From a virus (taxonomy: Duplodnaviria; Caudoviricetes), in IMG/VR virus record IMGVR_UViG_3300043111_000061, positions 1 through 57,549 of that record: a stretch of 57,549 nt of DNA. The stretch is one strand, 5' to 3'. This document shows, one piece after another, positions 29,834 through 40,131 of the stretch (positions are counted from its first letter, which is position 1; each line of letters opens with the position of its first letter). The translations under genes were made by a program, and so were the position numbers. The notes under the pieces are model-generated. The model saw nothing but the letters and a program-made list of their open reading frames with translations, made no database searches and had not been told where the DNA came from.

Positions 29834-31606
29834 TTAGTATCGTATTCTTATTCCATGTAGATCAAAACTACTCTCATTCAATTGCCTATTTCTCCATACC
29901 ATATTGGTATTGTCTATTACTGTACCAGTCTTACTAATTCCATCTATATCGAATTTAGTTATACCATTGGTAGCTGTAGGATTATTATCAGTTGGATTTT
30001 TCATAACTATAGCTAATTTAGTTAGTTGTTTATCGGATCTTATCATAGGGATAAGTCGTATATCTAATATGTCATTGTTATCCAATTGGTTTACTGCAAA
30101 TGCTTTAGATATAACATTAGGGAGTATATCATTGTGGGCTACCCACATATTATTGGTAGTATCATAATAGTGCCACTGATTCTCTTGTTTCTTCACTATT
30201 TCTATATATTCTTGTATTTCTTGATTATAATAAGCATAGGTATCGTCACTATAACCAAATATAAGATTATAATGGATACCATTCAATTCGCCGGTAATGG
30301 ATTTATCGAAAAAATATTTCCAAACATAAGAGGTCATATCTAATATAGCTGTAGCATATTCATTTACTAATGTGTATATTCCAGTACTCATATCTTTTAT
30401 ACCAGATAAAGTCAATCCTCCGTTTTCCTTATTTATCATAACTGGCGATATTCTTATGTTAGTATAAGTATCGACTGGGAGTATTCCTCTGAATTGAACA
30501 CTATTAGGTAATGTACCATCTTCCATAATAGTAGTTATAACTACTCTTCCTTGGTTTTCTGTATATAGGGTTTGTCCCACTTTTATTCTATCATTTATAG
30601 GAGCATTGAAATGTCCAGCGTTATTAATGATATCTACTGTAAAAGAGGTTATTCCTCCCTTTACATCTTCTATAGTCATGTCTTTAAATTCGAGACTTTC
30701 CTGTCTTCTTATCTCTCCTAATTCAACTATGCCAGAATAACAATTTATATTACTAGTTATCATAGGGACTTGTTTAAGCACAACCTGTGACCAATTAGTA
30801 TTGTCATTACTTATTTCAAATACAATATCTTTATTTAGAATACCTGAATTCAATTTACCTCTTACAAATACATATATTGGATTATTGCCATCTATATCTT
30901 CATACGCTATAGAAGTCAGATAGTAATTATATCCGTTTTTAAATATGGCTCCATTTTCATGCCTATATTCTCCTGAATTATAAACATCTATACCAGACAA
31001 ATCATTGAACTCGTCGACTATGCCTTTAGGCATATCTATCTTCATTGGATTATTTTTATATAGTCTGGATAACATTAGGTAACTGATAATATCACTATCG
31101 TTGTCATTTAGACTAATATTAGGTGGTATAATTGATTTATCTAATTTTCCATTAGATGATAATACGGGTATTTCATTGTACCTTAATCCCACTGAATGTA
31201 GAGATGCAGTCCCTAATCCGTGTATATCGATACTTAAATGTTCGTGGACATTATTAGCATAAAACTCCAATGTAGCCAATAACTCGTCTTTGGTTATAAT
31301 AGAAGTTCCTTCTGGATTACTATATATAGTAAATCCATTTATATCGTTAGTTAGTAAGAACCCAGAAGTCTCTTCACCTATTTGTGGAAATACCTCATTA
31401 TAAAAAGTGGCTATATCTTCTACGTTATTTAAATCGAGATATATGGGAAGATCTTCTAAGAAATCGTTACCATTTCCTTTTTTAACGATCCTTGTTTCCG
31501 TATCGTAGATCATCTTATTTAAAGGGACTACCATATTCGAATCCCAGTATATACCCTTGGCTCTACCTACGGTCATTATCTGAGTTATTTTAGAGATATC
31601 ATTCAC
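29834..31606 (-). CDS. Tail fibre/appendage protein; long paralogue of 2130..3104
   Basis: Shares YDTET..KKGNG...DLP, HEH, LGTAS...VG....IPVL..NGKLD, MPKGIVDEFNDLSGI and C-terminal DLHGIRIRY with the 324-aa protein. Confidence 0.7.
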   Translation of the reverse strand: MNDISKITQIMTVGRAKGIYWDSNMVVPLNKMIYDTETRIVKKGNGNDFLEDLPIYLDLNNVEDIATFYNEVFPQIGEETSGFLLTNDINGFTIYSNPEGTSIITKDELLATLEFYANNVHEHLSIDIHGLGTASLHSVGLRYNEIPVLSSNGKLDKSIIPPNISLNDNDSDIISYLMLSRLYKNNPMKIDMPKGIVDEFNDLSGIDVYNSGEYRHENGAIFKNGYNYYLTSIAYEDIDGNNPIYVFVRGKLNSGILNKDIVFEISNDNTNWSQVVLKQVPMITSNINCYSGIVELGEIRRQESLEFKDMTIEDVKGGITSFTVDIINNAGHFNAPINDRIKVGQTLYTENQGRVVITTIMEDGTLPNSVQFRGILPVDTYTNIRISPVMINKENGGLTLSGIKDMSTGIYTLVNEYATAILDMTSYVWKYFFDKSITGELNGIHYNLIFGYSDDTYAYYNQEIQEYIEIVKKQENQWHYYDTTNNMWVAHNDILPNVISKAFAVNQLDNNDILDIRLIPMIRSDKQLTKLAIVMKNPTDNNPTATNGITKFDIDGISKTGTVIDNTNMVWRNRQLNESSFDLHGIRIRY

Positions 31607-32258
31607 TAGAAATCTCCTTATTTTTATTGTTAGTATACAACATCGTTTTGTCTAATGAAATAAATATGTCTTTAGCGAAAGTATAAGCTATAGCTATAGC
31701 ATCGCATTCATGTTCTGACATATCATCCAATATGGAAGTTTTAGTAGTTCCAGTTATTATGTCTTCTTTATTTTTAAGCTCATCCTGAATTGTCATTATA
31801 GAAATATCTGCTGAATTCTTAATAGCTTCGGATATACCATCTTTAGTGGAGCTCCCTGATCCAGACAATACCCATTTTACTCTTCTGGCAGGGATCAGTA
31901 TAACAGGAAGACTTAAAGAGGATTTTATTGCATCTTTAATCATATGGACACATAATGCCAAAGAGGCATATGCTGTATGTAAACCATGTTGATAAAAGAA
32001 ATCTTCGCAAGTAACATAATCTGGTCTAAGATAAGCCATTTTAGATATTTCTTCTCTTATAGCTATCAGTCTTAAATATGCTTTATCATAAATGACCTCA
32101 TATTCTTTATATTTGTTTAATAAAACATCTCCTATAATAGTTCCTGTTTTATGAACTATAAATTTTCCAGTTTTAACATTATAGGTACATAAGGACCAAC
32201 CCATCTTAGTAGCCCCCGGATCAAACGATAATATTCTTATAACTTCTTTCATATACAA
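31599..32258 (-). CDS. ruvC: RuvC-like Holliday junction resolvase
   Basis: ILSFDPGATKMGWS, PDYVTCE, VK..LSGSGSSTKD, EHECDAIAIA. Confidence 0.85.
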   Translation of the reverse strand: MYMKEVIRILSFDPGATKMGWSLCTYNVKTGKFIVHKTGTIIGDVLLNKYKEYEVIYDKAYLRLIAIREEISKMAYLRPDYVTCEDFFYQHGLHTAYASLALCVHMIKDAIKSSLSLPVILIPARRVKWVLSGSGSSTKDGISEAIKNSADISIMTIQDELKNKEDIITGTTKTSILDDMSEHECDAIAIAYTFAKDIFISLDKTMLYTNNKNKEISSE

Positions 32259-32264
32259 ATCCTT

Positions 32265-33950
32265 TTAAAGGTCCGTCTTATCATTGTCAGTTTTTATATT
32301 ATTAGCTCGTATACGCTCTACTATTTTATCTACTTGTTTAAAATTCGGAGCATTAAAATATTTTGTACAAATATGTACAGCATTTTCTTTTGTACTTATG
32401 AGCAAAGCGAATAGGTAGTTAACGGCCTTCTTAGCTCCATTAATAGCAACTATGGACATTCGTTTTGTTTCTTTTGCTATATTACTTCCTATCTGTGTTT
32501 TTGGATAAAATCCTTCAAAGTCTATATCATTCAATAATACCGATAATAAGGTTTCTCTATTAGGATCTTCTAAGATGGCATTCTCTCCGACTCCTTTAGT
32601 TTTTTCAGATCTAAGTACTGTACCGCCATTAGTAACAATAAGTTTACTAGCTTCTGTGATCATCTTATTTCCAGGTGATCCCATAACGGCATCTATGCTT
32701 TTGGCATATTCGTATAGTTCATTAGCACCCATAACTGTCTGATATGCAAATTGATTAAATATACTAGTACCAACTAAGACTGACATAGCATATATATCTT
32801 TATTCTGCTTTTCTAAGAAATATAGTCCTAAAGTATCGTATATGTTGTATGCGATATAATCTAAAAATCTATATTTCTGCATGACATAATGACTATCTTC
32901 TTCACCTAGCGACAGTTTCCTTAGACCCAATTCTCTTTCTAATGTGTCGTTCAGGGTATAGCTATCAAAGAATCCTCCAACTTTTCTGATCCTACTATAT
33001 AGGCACATACTATCTATAAATTGCGTATGTCCTGAACTATAAAACCAGTGCCATTTTTCAATGAAAGGAGTTTTCTTTTTAGAGTTAGGATTTACGTACT
33101 GAGGAACATATTCTGCTTTTCGGAATTTTTTAGGCACATCAGGATGGGCCAATATATCCTTAGGATCTTTGCCGGATTTCTTAATAGCTTCTATTATTTT
33201 AGGTAAGTCGAAGTCTATATTCCAGATACCAATAAAATCCGTTTTGTTTTCATGGATTCTTTCGAATATCCATGTTACTAATTCTAGTTCATTTTTACCT
33301 AGATAATAGGTTATCTCTAACTTATGTTCTTCTATCTCTTTAGCCAAAGTATTATTTACGATCTCTTTAACGTCATCTAAATTGGCTTTAACTGGATTTT
33401 CATGTTTTTGTCTATTCTTATATAAATAATTATCATCTATTGCAGTAAATATTTTATTTTCATGGCTTACTGTAATAATGATAATGTTGCCCTCATCATT
33501 CAATACACAAGTTTCGATATCTAGAAAACCTTCTATATATTCGACAACTAAATCTTCTGGGGTCTTTTCCAAATATTTTAATTTACATAATACTTCTACT
33601 GGTATATCTGCCCCATATACATAAGGACTATTACATACTTGTTTTAGATTGACATAATCATTAAAAGGATAATATCCATTTAATTCTTTATAGATCTCTT
33701 TTGCGAGGTCTTTTTCATATACCAAATATTCGTCTAATTTATCTTTAGTTTCATATTCTTTTTTATCAGTATGATCTCTATATTTTGGCTTAGTTAACCA
33801 GAACCGTCTTTTTGGATTAGCATATATTTTTAATTTTGGTTCCGATGAACCATCTTGATTAATTACCTTTTCTTTTACCACTATAGCATCTTCAATACCA
33901 TTATTAACATAACAACTGTGTACCCAAGTTACATATGGTGAATTATTCAT
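32265..33950 (-). CDS. Family-B DNA polymerase, N-terminal/exonuclease part (split phiKZ-type PolB)
   Basis: ExoI FLDIET, ExoII IWNIDFD, ExoIII YNIYD, palm motif A-like DIDFEGFYP near the C-end; no motif B/C seen. Confidence 0.8.
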   Translation of the reverse strand: MNNSPYVTWVHSCYVNNGIEDAIVVKEKVINQDGSSEPKLKIYANPKRRFWLTKPKYRDHTDKKEYETKDKLDEYLVYEKDLAKEIYKELNGYYPFNDYVNLKQVCNSPYVYGADIPVEVLCKLKYLEKTPEDLVVEYIEGFLDIETCVLNDEGNIIIITVSHENKIFTAIDDNYLYKNRQKHENPVKANLDDVKEIVNNTLAKEIEEHKLEITYYLGKNELELVTWIFERIHENKTDFIGIWNIDFDLPKIIEAIKKSGKDPKDILAHPDVPKKFRKAEYVPQYVNPNSKKKTPFIEKWHWFYSSGHTQFIDSMCLYSRIRKVGGFFDSYTLNDTLERELGLRKLSLGEEDSHYVMQKYRFLDYIAYNIYDTLGLYFLEKQNKDIYAMSVLVGTSIFNQFAYQTVMGANELYEYAKSIDAVMGSPGNKMITEASKLIVTNGGTVLRSEKTKGVGENAILEDPNRETLLSVLLNDIDFEGFYPKTQIGSNIAKETKRMSIVAINGAKKAVNYLFALLISTKENAVHICTKYFNAPNFKQVDKIVERIRANNIKTDNDKTDL

Positions 33951-34037
33951 TTTTGTCTCCTAAATCCCTAGTTAATATAGAATATGGTTTTATGATAAAA
34001 AATAAAGAACCTGAATTTACAGCAAAAAATAATGGTA

Positions 34038-34064
34038 TCGGTATGGGGAATAACCCCATACCGA
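34038..34064 (-). terminator. Hairpin terminator after 34101..34631
   Basis: TCGGTATGGGG-AATAA-CCCCATACCGA, then ATTATTTTTTG on minus. Confidence 0.7.
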
Positions 34065-34100
34065 CTGACATATTGCGTTACCTAGATGTCACTATGACAT

Positions 34101-34631
34101 CTATATTTTGTCTACAATGCCTTTCATTGCTTCTTCAAGCTTGTTCTTAATAGTCTTGAAAGTATCGGCATCGTAAGATTTTGAAATTGTTACTTTAGTT
34201 GCTACAGGAGCGTAGTTTATAACTGGTTCTCCTGTCGATGGGTTGTTGCCAAAGTATACTGGATTGATGGTTTCTTTTACTTCGCCATCGTGTCTTTTGA
34301 GACGGAAAGAACTTTTCTTAGGCTTAAGAATCTTGATGATTTCTTCTTCTGACAAACCGTCTTTCTTGAGCTCCTTAATTGCATCTTTAGTCGAATCTGC
34401 AAGAAATTCGCCTGCAAGAAGAATACCTGCTGTTACGATTTCTTTATCGATATCAGCGGCCTTCTTAAGAATATCTACCGAAACTCCTTCTGATTCCAGA
34501 AGCTTTGCTCTATCGGAAGCTTTGATTGAAAAGTATGTTTCGTCTTTTCCCGCTGCTGCTGATTTACCTTCAATTACATGTTCTTTTACCCACGACATAA
34601 TGTCTGTAGATATTTTAACTTCTTTACTCAT
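34101..34631 (-). CDS. Probable highly expressed early protein (176 aa)
   Basis: Own promoter and terminator, AAGGAG RBS, capsid-like codon bias; Lys-rich with a GNNPSTGEPV motif. Confidence 0.8.
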   Translation of the reverse strand: MSKEVKISTDIMSWVKEHVIEGKSAAAGKDETYFSIKASDRAKLLESEGVSVDILKKAADIDKEIVTAGILLAGEFLADSTKDAIKELKKDGLSEEEIIKILKPKKSSFRLKRHDGEVKETINPVYFGNNPSTGEPVINYAPVATKVTISKSYDADTFKTIKNKLEEAMKGIVDKI

Positions 34632-34705
34632 TTTTGATCTCCTTAAAGTTAATAATGATTTAATTAATTAATTAAATGAATAGTTTTACATATACTATTC
34701 ATACT

Positions 34706-34723
34706 AGTAATATATATTTATAA
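34706..34723 (-). promoter_or_regulatory. Early promoter
   Basis: AGTAATATATATTTATAA on +. Confidence 0.75.
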
Positions 34724-34737
34724 ATTCCTCGAATTTA

Positions 34738-35523
34738 TCATTGTACATATAAAGAATCGGAACGCAATAGTTCTTGATAATTGAGGAGTTTATTTATATA
34801 TGGTAAATTTGATTGTACTACAAAACATATAAAACGGATTCTTGGTCCATTTGGGTATTGGCAAGACAATATTTTGTTTATTAAAACACGCATTGACATA
34901 TCTTTTAAATCCGTTTCCTCCAAGGCATTATCATGAATATGCAATATCTTCAATAAATCAATAGCTCCCATTGAATAAATGAAGAAATCAATTCTATTTA
35001 ATAGAGCCTTAGCCGTATCATTAAATATCTGTCTTTCTCTCAAATTACCTATTATTGAAATTAGATCTATTTTAGGAGAAAGGTATTGGTTAAACATCCC
35101 TAAGATATAAATTATATCTTCTAAAGAAACATCGATATTGATGGTATCGAATAAGTTCATGAGTTTTAAGATACTGTCGTTTTGACAACTGGCATTATAA
35201 CAATATAAATTATTATCTTCTATTAGATGATCTTTTTTTACCAAGGCACTGTTGCAGAAAGGACACTTTTCATTTTCTAAAAAGACTTCTTCTTGATAAC
35301 CTTTTATACTTTCTACTTGAAAAGTAGACTTATTCAACGTACCTTCCATATACTTCCACTTATCCAAAGCTTCTTTCAATTTGGTAGTATATGGAAGATC
35401 GAATTCATATGTCCTATTAGTAGCTTCCAAATTTCCACTTACATAAAGTCTTATAGCGTTATTCTCTTGTTTGATACAAGAAACGTCCGTTACAATCAAT
35501 CCAGCTGTATGTTTAATATTCAT
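34738..35523 (-). CDS. Zinc-finger protein resembling the LigA C-terminal region, no adenylation domain
   Basis: CPFCNSAL...LYCYNASCQ matches the LigA-type C4 finger (CPICDTEL...LHCPNVLCK in ligA of this window). Confidence 0.6.
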   Translation of the reverse strand: MNIKHTAGLIVTDVSCIKQENNAIRLYVSGNLEATNRTYEFDLPYTTKLKEALDKWKYMEGTLNKSTFQVESIKGYQEEVFLENEKCPFCNSALVKKDHLIEDNNLYCYNASCQNDSILKLMNLFDTINIDVSLEDIIYILGMFNQYLSPKIDLISIIGNLRERQIFNDTAKALLNRIDFFIYSMGAIDLLKILHIHDNALEETDLKDMSMRVLINKILSCQYPNGPRIRFICFVVQSNLPYINKLLNYQELLRSDSLYVQ

Positions 35524-35671
35524 TTTATTTGTCCTTTGAAATTATTATCCTTATTATATTTGATACTATCTTTTTTATTATCGCAATCTTCTTATGGAAT
35601 ATACTTACTCCTATAAAAAATAAAACCTTATAAAAGGTGTTCATAACATACAAAGAAAAGGAGCGTATCAA

Positions 35672-38200
35672 ATGTACATAAAGAACCTACAATTAACCAA
35701 GTATAAATTTTTTAGTTTCTCTAGAATCAAAGAACTAATATGGGAAGATATAAATCCCATATCTATAATCATAGGTAGAAATGGTAGTGGTAAATCTTCT
35801 TTGATATCTGCTCTATTACCACAGAGTCTACCGAGATCGTCCTTTCTACCAAATGGGTACTATAAATGCACTATAGAACATAATAAAACTACGTATGAGA
35901 TAATATCCGATTATTCAAACAAAGATAAACCACATCAGTTTTTAGATAACGGAGTTAATCTAAATATAAGTGGAACAACTAAAGTACAGCAGGAGTTATT
36001 CGAAACTAAATTGGGTCTTACTCCCGATATATGTAAATTGCTTACAATGCAACATCGCATAACTAACATGAAGAATTCTTATAGAAGACAATATCTATCA
36101 GACATAAATCCAAATAATATTGGTTTGGCTCTGGAGAAATACAAGAAAGTCTTATCTAAAATAAAGGATATAAATAGTATCATCAAGATGTTGTATCTTA
36201 GAAAACATGAGCTTACTGAGCAACTACTTACAGATACGGTATTTGAAGAAATCAATTATAACAAAGAACAGCTTAGTAATAAATTAGAGACTCTTACTTC
36301 TTGGCATTATGCATTAAATAACCATATTAATAATCTCAATGACAATCGTGTAGATATAACAGATATACCCATTAGCAATATACGTAATAAGGTAAATGAG
36401 TTAAGGAAGCCGATACTTTCTTTTATAGATATAGACAAAACTAATGCCGATGGAGAAATTACCAGGCTAGAAACAACTATTTCAAAATTAGAACAAAATT
36501 ACCAGAACTCTGTAGATAGGGTAATGGAAATAAATAAAGAACTAGAGAAATATGAAAATTACAAAAATACAGCAAGCAATAATAGTGAGCTAAAAAATAT
36601 TTTAGAAGAGAAGATAAATGATACTTTAAAATGTATAGAAAGTTTTAGTAATCTTTCTTCGGAAAGTACTTACTTACATATCGATGAAATAGAGCCCGCT
36701 AAATCGAATATAAATCAGATAAAAAACATACTAAGCGAGCTTGTCAATACAGATACCTTGTTGTCCGAAAAAGTACTAAATAAAATAAGAGAAAAAATAA
36801 ACAAATATAAACTCAGTATCGATTATATTTCGTCGGATATAGAAAAAGACGAAATAGAGTTAGATAAGATAAGTGAAAGTTATAAACCTACTATACCTTG
36901 TAATGATAACTATAAATCGGATTGTACTTTGTTCAGAGAATATAAGGCTCATACGGATACGGTTACAGAACATAGAGATAAGCTTACAGCTAATATCAAA
37001 GCAAATAAACGAAAAATACAAACTTATAACAAGGCTATAGATAACTTAGAAGTTTTCTATAGTGAGAATAGTTATTATAGACAAAAATACGATGAGCTAT
37101 ATACTTTATGTGTATATAAAGTAAGTGGACTAAGTTATATACTTAAAAGATATACCGTAGACGATTTGCTTAAGAAAGGAATACATGTAGGAGCCCATTT
37201 GGAAAAGTATATACATGACTCTGAAAGATACCATGAAAAGATTAGTCATGAGAAGACTTTATCCTTATTAAAAGACAAGTTATTTGATATAACTAATAAC
37301 AATACTATTCCTTCTGATCTATTAGAACAACTCATAGACGATAACAGAGCTAAGAAACATGGGCTATTAGATAATATCGGAGTAATAGAAAAGCAACTAG
37401 CCAATAACACAAAAAAACTAAAGATATATAAGTCTTATAAAGACGCTGTTAATCTTGTATCTAAATATAAGACTACATTAGATAAGTATATATATAGTAA
37501 AAAACTACATTACTCTATTGAGTATTATGAAAAGGTAAGAAAAACAATAGCTGACCTAATGAGTCAGACTAATGTAAAGCTTACTGAATTAAGCAATATC
37601 ATTAAAGAACAAGAACAGATTAGATATACTCTTGAAAAAGAAATAAATACCAACATAGTCAAATATGAAGCTCTATTAAAAGATTATCAGTATATAGAAA
37701 TGGCTTTGTCACCAACATCTGGTTTTCCACATAAACTAACTATAGATTTCTTAAATAAAATAATACAAAATACCAATGTATTTATCGATAAGGTATTCAG
37801 TTATCCTTTTCAGTTAATGGAACTAGATATAAACGATAAGTTCGATTATAGTTTTAAAGTCAAAGTAGGAACAACTACCATAAGTGATATTTCATATTGT
37901 TCTAAAGGACAAAGAACTATGATCGATTTGGCATTTAACTTATCTACTATCATACAATTAGAAATGACTGATTACCCCATATTCCTAGATGAGATAGATA
38001 AAGAATTTGACGATTTTCATAAACAGGAACTTATCTCTCTCTTTAGATATATAACCTCATATGAAATTGTAAAACAGTTGTTTATGGTAAGTCATAGTCA
38101 GATAATGATAGGTCTGGAATCCGACTTCCTTACACTAGGTTATGATAATGAGGTCTCTACAAATGACAATAAACAAAATATAACCATAACAAAATATTAA
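35672..38200 (+). CDS. sbcC: SbcC/Rad50-like SMC ATPase
   Basis: IIGRNGSGKSS Walker A, long coiled coil, central C...C, CSKGQ signature, IFLDEID Walker B, MVSH. Confidence 0.9.
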   Translation: MYIKNLQLTKYKFFSFSRIKELIWEDINPISIIIGRNGSGKSSLISALLPQSLPRSSFLPNGYYKCTIEHNKTTYEIISDYSNKDKPHQFLDNGVNLNISGTTKVQQELFETKLGLTPDICKLLTMQHRITNMKNSYRRQYLSDINPNNIGLALEKYKKVLSKIKDINSIIKMLYLRKHELTEQLLTDTVFEEINYNKEQLSNKLETLTSWHYALNNHINNLNDNRVDITDIPISNIRNKVNELRKPILSFIDIDKTNADGEITRLETTISKLEQNYQNSVDRVMEINKELEKYENYKNTASNNSELKNILEEKINDTLKCIESFSNLSSESTYLHIDEIEPAKSNINQIKNILSELVNTDTLLSEKVLNKIREKINKYKLSIDYISSDIEKDEIELDKISESYKPTIPCNDNYKSDCTLFREYKAHTDTVTEHRDKLTANIKANKRKIQTYNKAIDNLEVFYSENSYYRQKYDELYTLCVYKVSGLSYILKRYTVDDLLKKGIHVGAHLEKYIHDSERYHEKISHEKTLSLLKDKLFDITNNNTIPSDLLEQLIDDNRAKKHGLLDNIGVIEKQLANNTKKLKIYKSYKDAVNLVSKYKTTLDKYIYSKKLHYSIEYYEKVRKTIADLMSQTNVKLTELSNIIKEQEQIRYTLEKEINTNIVKYEALLKDYQYIEMALSPTSGFPHKLTIDFLNKIIQNTNVFIDKVFSYPFQLMELDINDKFDYSFKVKVGTTTISDISYCSKGQRTMIDLAFNLSTIIQLEMTDYPIFLDEIDKEFDDFHKQELISLFRYITSYEIVKQLFMVSHSQIMIGLESDFLTLGYDNEVSTNDNKQNITITKY

Positions 38201-38213
38201 GAAAGGTACGAAA

Positions 38214-38678
38214 ATGTTTAAGTGTTTATTTGAAAAAATCAAAGTTCCTACCATACGCATCGAACCGATTGAAGATTATTTTTCTATGCCTATACAGATG
38301 ACGTCTGGCAGCTCAGGCTTTGATATATATTCTACTATAGATGTACAAATAAATCCTATGGATAGAGTTAAAATACCTACTGGATTTAAAATACAAATAC
38401 CAGTAGGATATGAATTACAAATAAAATCTAGAAGTGGTTTAGCAGATAGATATGGAATTATAGTAATAGATAGTCCTGCTGTCATAGATAATGATTATAG
38501 AGGAGAAGTTAAAGTCAATCTCATTAATTTGGGTAAAGACCCATATAAAATAGAAAGAGGCGACAGGGTAGCTCAATTTACTATAGCCAGACAAAGAAGC
38601 ATGAAATGGCGAATAGTCAATAAAATAAATGCCGATACATTAAGAGGTTCTGGTGGATTCGGTCATACAGGAAGATAA
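38214..38678 (+). CDS. dut: Trimeric dUTPase
   Basis: SSGFDI, SRSGLA, VIDNDYRGE, RVAQ, RGSGGFGHTG. Confidence 0.95.
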   Translation: MFKCLFEKIKVPTIRIEPIEDYFSMPIQMTSGSSGFDIYSTIDVQINPMDRVKIPTGFKIQIPVGYELQIKSRSGLADRYGIIVIDSPAVIDNDYRGEVKVNLINLGKDPYKIERGDRVAQFTIARQRSMKWRIVNKINADTLRGSGGFGHTGR

Positions 38679-39162
38679 TAAGAGGTATTATACGGGAGTA
38701 GGTAGTAGAAAAACTCCCGCATATATATTAGATATAATGACTAAGCTAGCAACCAAATTAGCGGAAAATCATTATATCCTAAGATCTGGCGGTGCAATTG
38801 GTGCAGACAAAGCTTTCGAATATGGGGCTGGTATAAAAAAAGAGATATACCTAGCACATATGGCTACTACCGAGTCTATGGAAATAGCTTCACAATTTCA
38901 TCCAGCTTGGAACAATTGTAGTCCTTATGCAAAAAAATTACATGGAAGAAATAGTTTTCAAGTACTTGGGCCTAATTTAAATATACCATCTAAGTTTCTA
39001 ATATGTTGGACTCCTGACGGATGTATTAGTCACAAAGAAAGAAATAGACTTACTGGAGGAACAGGAACAGCAATTTCAATTGCCGATATGTATAATGTAC
39101 CAATATTTAATTTAGCCAAAAAAGATCACCTTGATCGAATCCTTCGTTATATAAAAAAATAA
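38653..39162 (+). CDS. SLOG/DprA-like nucleotide-binding protein
   Basis: YTGVGSRKTP, LRSGGAIGADKAFE, HGRNSFQVLG, CWT..G, GGTGTAI...PIFNL; GTG start with AGAGG RBS. Confidence 0.8.
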   Translation: MDSVIQEDNKRYYTGVGSRKTPAYILDIMTKLATKLAENHYILRSGGAIGADKAFEYGAGIKKEIYLAHMATTESMEIASQFHPAWNNCSPYAKKLHGRNSFQVLGPNLNIPSKFLICWTPDGCISHKERNRLTGGTGTAISIADMYNVPIFNLAKKDHLDRILRYIKK

Positions 39163-39166
39163 CATT

Positions 39167-39199
39167 CATATAGGTGGTGCATAGTGCACCACCTATATG
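39167..39199. terminator. Bidirectional hairpin
   Basis: CATATAGGTGGTGCA-TAG-TGCACCACCTATATG between convergent genes. Confidence 0.75.
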
Positions 39200-39211
39200 G
39201 ACATTTCTAAA

Positions 39212-40120
39212 TTATACTGATGTATTTTCTGTAACTATGTCATGTACTGATTTCAATAATACTTCTTTATATTCCTCTATCTTTTTAGTAGAAATATCGT
39301 TTGTCCATATATCATACAATTTATGATTGTCCTTTATAACAAAAGATCCGACATTATAATAGAAAGCCAATACAGAACATACTGTCCCATTTACAATTAT
39401 TTCTAGTTCTTCTGCTTCCTCCATCAGACCTACGAGATGGATTATGGTCATTATTTTAATGGGACTCTTCCAAAGTTTCGTATACACACATGGCAATATT
39501 CCCAGTATTGATATTTTAGGTTCAAGTATCGCTACTTCCCATGTTTCTTTTTGGGCATCGTATTTCGGTAATATAGGTAGATAATCCATCGTTTCTTTTT
39601 TGTCTAGACGCAATTTATTATTCTTAAGTATCCGCTTATATTCTACATGGCTACTATCGGTTACCTTTATTTGTCTTAATCCAACCTCTGAATTTATATT
39701 GATAATTTCATTGTCATCAAAACTATACGAAATGTCCATATATGGCATATAGGCTAAATTACCGTTAGTACCACATAGATATTCTTTACTATCCATGATC
39801 AGGTAATAGTTTTGTATTCGGTTTATATCTAAATCATGATAATCATTATTCAGGAATAGATTCAAAGCTAATTCGAAATATTCTTTAGATAAGAGAGTCG
39901 TTTGTGTACACAAAATTGAGTCGGGTATAAAGGCCGAATGTCTTTTAAATCTTATAGATTCTGGTACATGCATACTATCGCCAGGGAATAAAGTATTTCC
40001 TTCATTACCTCTAGCTTTTACTGTGATCCTTACTCCCGATTTAGCTATTACTTGCTTCTCTCTGATTTCTTCTATCTCTATGTCTCTGGAAATAGAGAAT
40101 TTAATAAAATAGTTTTCCAT
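39212..40120 (-). CDS. Hypothetical protein (302 aa)
   Basis: AAGGAG RBS; no family recognised. Confidence 0.7.
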   Translation of the reverse strand: MENYFIKFSISRDIEIEEIREKQVIAKSGVRITVKARGNEGNTLFPGDSMHVPESIRFKRHSAFIPDSILCTQTTLLSKEYFELALNLFLNNDYHDLDINRIQNYYLIMDSKEYLCGTNGNLAYMPYMDISYSFDDNEIININSEVGLRQIKVTDSSHVEYKRILKNNKLRLDKKETMDYLPILPKYDAQKETWEVAILEPKISILGILPCVYTKLWKSPIKIMTIIHLVGLMEEAEELEIIVNGTVCSVLAFYYNVGSFVIKDNHKLYDIWTNDISTKKIEEYKEVLLKSVHDIVTENTSV

Positions 40121-40131
40121 TAAGGCTCCTT

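Noticed and set aside
5363-32485. Intragenic TATATTAC/GTAATATA matches (5363, 28172, 32478)
   Set aside because: Inside coding sequence and lacking the extended AAATATA context; expected by chance in AT-rich DNA.
32265-33950. Truncated or pseudogene DNA polymerase
   Set aside because: A split family-B polymerase is an established feature of phiKZ-like phages; the other part is expected elsewhere in the genome.
38214-39162. dUTPase-SLOG fusion by frameshift
   Set aside because: dut ends normally at motif V, and the SLOG ORF has its own RBS and GTG.
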